Assembly (NCBI GenBank): GCA_001776935.1
Contig: MFDN01000008.1
Location: forward strand, 8,998-72,997
Source: Candidatus Daviesbacteria bacterium RIFCSPLOWO2_01_FULL_39_23
Lineage (GTDB): Bacteria > Patescibacteriota > Microgenomatia > Daviesbacterales > UBA10151
Direction: 5' to 3'
Length of the DNA: 64,000 nt
A model generated the notes under the pieces. It ran no database searches. It had not been told where the DNA came from and saw only the letters and a program-made list of their open reading frames with translations. Made by a program: the position numbers and the translations under genes. This document shows, in pieces, positions 61,940-64,000 of the stretch (positions are counted from its first letter, which is position 1; each line of letters starts with the position of its first letter).

Positions 61940-63178
61940 ATGCCTAATTTGAAGCGTTTTATTTCCTGGAAATTAATTTTTGCTCCTTTTATTATTTTTG
62001 CCCTTCTGGTTTTGTCCCGGATTATTTTTCATACAGTGGATAGGTTTCTTTGGTCTCGGGAGCTTGATAATTCCCTTATTTTCCACCCGGAACAATTGCC
62101 GGAGTGTGAAGACAAAAAAGTTTTCTTTACAACATCGCCGATTAAAGATGGTTTATATCGCAATATTGTTCCCTTAGGTAAATTTGGGCCAGAGAGCGGC
62201 CATGTTTTTCCTACAAAGCATACTTATTTTATGGCTCCTGCTAAAAATATTGAGGAGCAATATGACGTTGATATCTTTGCGCCAGGGGATTTATTTATTA
62301 CAACTGTCCAGCGCTGGAACAATAAAACACTGGGTCTTACAGAGTACTTTCTTTATGCCTCTCCCTGCAAAGACGTTGAGGTTACTTTCTACCATTTGAA
62401 TGAATTGACTCCTAAACTTTTAAGTGCGCTTGATAAAACTGATTATTGTAAGGAAGAACAAACCGGTAATACCAAATATGAATTTTGTGGAAGAAATACA
62501 AAAGGGATTACTGTAAAAGCCGGTGAGCTTTTGGGTAAAGCCAATCCGGCTAAGAAAAAAAGTATAAAGCAGTTTCTTGACTTTGGCATGTCTGATCACC
62601 GGACTTCGGAGCTAAAATTTACCAACCCCAGCCGTTGGGTGGGGGATTTTGATAAGAAACATATGGTTTGCCCTTATGACTACTTTACACCGGAACTCCG
62701 CCAAAAGTTTTTGTCCCAAATGGCTGATTATGATGATCCAAGTATAAAAAGAACTATTGAACCTCTTTGTGGGGAATATATGCAAGATGTTTCTGGTACT
62801 GCCCAGGGAGTATGGTTTAGAGTTGGAGCTGACAGTAGAGAAGAGGATGCCCAAATTACTTTGGCCCATCATAATGTCTTAGCCCAAAAAGGAATTTTTT
62901 CAATCGGTACGATGGCTACACAAACTATAGAAGCGGGAACTTATCCTTTTGACCCTAAACCTCAAGGCTTAACAAACCGTGATTTTAAGGATATTACCGC
63001 TGATGGAAAAACTTATTGTTTTGAACCAAGTGCCTTGACGGGTACTTATAAGTATCCTTTCCGGGTTATTTTACAAATGACTTCATCCACCAAACTTAAA
63101 ATTGAAGGCCAAAAAACCGAGGGTTGTGGCAGCGGTCCATGGCAGTTTGACAGTGATGTGGTGGAGTTTGAACGGTAA
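61940..63178 (+). CDS. Membrane-anchored protein with degenerate M23-like segment
   Basis: N-terminal TM; HTYF..IFAPGD..VKAGELLG..LDFG pattern. Confidence 0.65.
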   Translation: MPNLKRFISWKLIFAPFIIFALLVLSRIIFHTVDRFLWSRELDNSLIFHPEQLPECEDKKVFFTTSPIKDGLYRNIVPLGKFGPESGHVFPTKHTYFMAPAKNIEEQYDVDIFAPGDLFITTVQRWNNKTLGLTEYFLYASPCKDVEVTFYHLNELTPKLLSALDKTDYCKEEQTGNTKYEFCGRNTKGITVKAGELLGKANPAKKKSIKQFLDFGMSDHRTSELKFTNPSRWVGDFDKKHMVCPYDYFTPELRQKFLSQMADYDDPSIKRTIEPLCGEYMQDVSGTAQGVWFRVGADSREEDAQITLAHHNVLAQKGIFSIGTMATQTIEAGTYPFDPKPQGLTNRDFKDITADGKTYCFEPSALTGTYKYPFRVILQMTSSTKLKIEGQKTEGCGSGPWQFDSDVVEFER

Positions 63179-63187
63179 GCAATATTT

Positions 63188-63943
63188 ATGATAAGAAAAG
63201 TTTTGATTGGTAGTGGAGTTTTAATTCTGCTTTTAATAACAGTACTCTTTGTTTCTCTTAAGATCAATGAAAATCAACCTCCTCCAAAGCTTGTGGCTAA
63301 TTTTGTTGATATAAACAAAGTAAGACAGATCTCTAAATACAGGTCTTGTGTTGGGCATACAACTGTACCGCAAGATGGGCGGGAAAGCAAGAGAAGTATG
63401 AAGCATTATTTTGAGGTGAAGCCGGAGTTTAATAAAAACCAAACAGTGGAGATTTATTCTCCCTATGATGGGTATGTAACTGCTCTCCGTTCAGATCCGG
63501 GAGAGGGGTTGGAAGGGGAAATATGGATTATCCCTAAAAGAAAGCTGGCAATGCTGCCGCCCTTTGGGGTTTGGCAATTTAGTGTCCAGCATATTGATGT
63601 AAGAAAAGATCTGAAAATGGGAAGTGAGGTTAGAGCAGGAGAGCAAATAGGTTATGCTGCATTTTCAGGAAGCAGGATACCTACTTTTGATATTGTCTAT
63701 GGGAAAATGGCTTTTCCTCCAACTCCCAAAAAGATAGATAACTGGAACTCACCTTTTGCAGATTTGGACTCTGTTTTTAACCATATGTCTGAAGAAGTAT
63801 TGGCTCAGTATCAACAGAAGGAATTATCTAAAGAATCTATAGTTTTGAGCAAAGAGGCAAGAGACCAAAATTCTTGTGTATATAAAGATAACGGCCCTTA
63901 CTTTATTGATGACAGCCCTGATAATTGGTCAGTGCTCCAATAA
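63188..63943 (+). CDS. Membrane-anchored protein with degenerate M23-like segment, possible paralog of the upstream gene
   Basis: N-terminal TM; KHYF..IYSPYDG..VRAGEQIG..FDI pattern. Confidence 0.65.
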   Translation: MIRKVLIGSGVLILLLITVLFVSLKINENQPPPKLVANFVDINKVRQISKYRSCVGHTTVPQDGRESKRSMKHYFEVKPEFNKNQTVEIYSPYDGYVTALRSDPGEGLEGEIWIIPKRKLAMLPPFGVWQFSVQHIDVRKDLKMGSEVRAGEQIGYAAFSGSRIPTFDIVYGKMAFPPTPKKIDNWNSPFADLDSVFNHMSEEVLAQYQQKELSKESIVLSKEARDQNSCVYKDNGPYFIDDSPDNWSVLQ

Positions 63944-64000
63944 ATCCCCAGAATTTTAGCCTCGCTTTTTTTATTGGTAGAAGATATAATTTCTCAATGA

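Overview
A 64 kb AT-rich bacterial chromosome segment using genetic code 11 (TGA acts as stop). Gene content and style suggest Patescibacteria/CPR, probably Microgenomates; this is inference. 1-17.7 kb holds housekeeping genes (rseP, proS, tig, rpsU, ybeY, dnaX, glyA, folD, recR, cysS, cmk). 17.8-40.2 kb is a near-complete de novo purine cluster: purF, purN-purD fusion, purL, purQ, guaA, purA, two archaeal-type purP genes, purH, purB, purE, purC, prs, purM. Between guaA and purA lie an IS481-like element and a complete diversity-generating retroelement (DGR). The DGR has a target gene with VR at 27933-28067, TR at 28410-28544 (19 mismatches in 135 bp, all at TR adenines), an antisense avd and an RT. 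Avd and RT overlap head-to-head across an (AG)11 tract that keeps both in frame only at certain lengths, a candidate phase-variable ON/OFF switch for the hypermutator. Many core genes carry short in-frame palindromic or heptad-repeat insertions. 40-64 kb is accessory: envelope, redox and stress genes, then surface proteins with pilin-like N-termini and a shared upstream motif. All alignments and counts were done by eye; no database searches were run.
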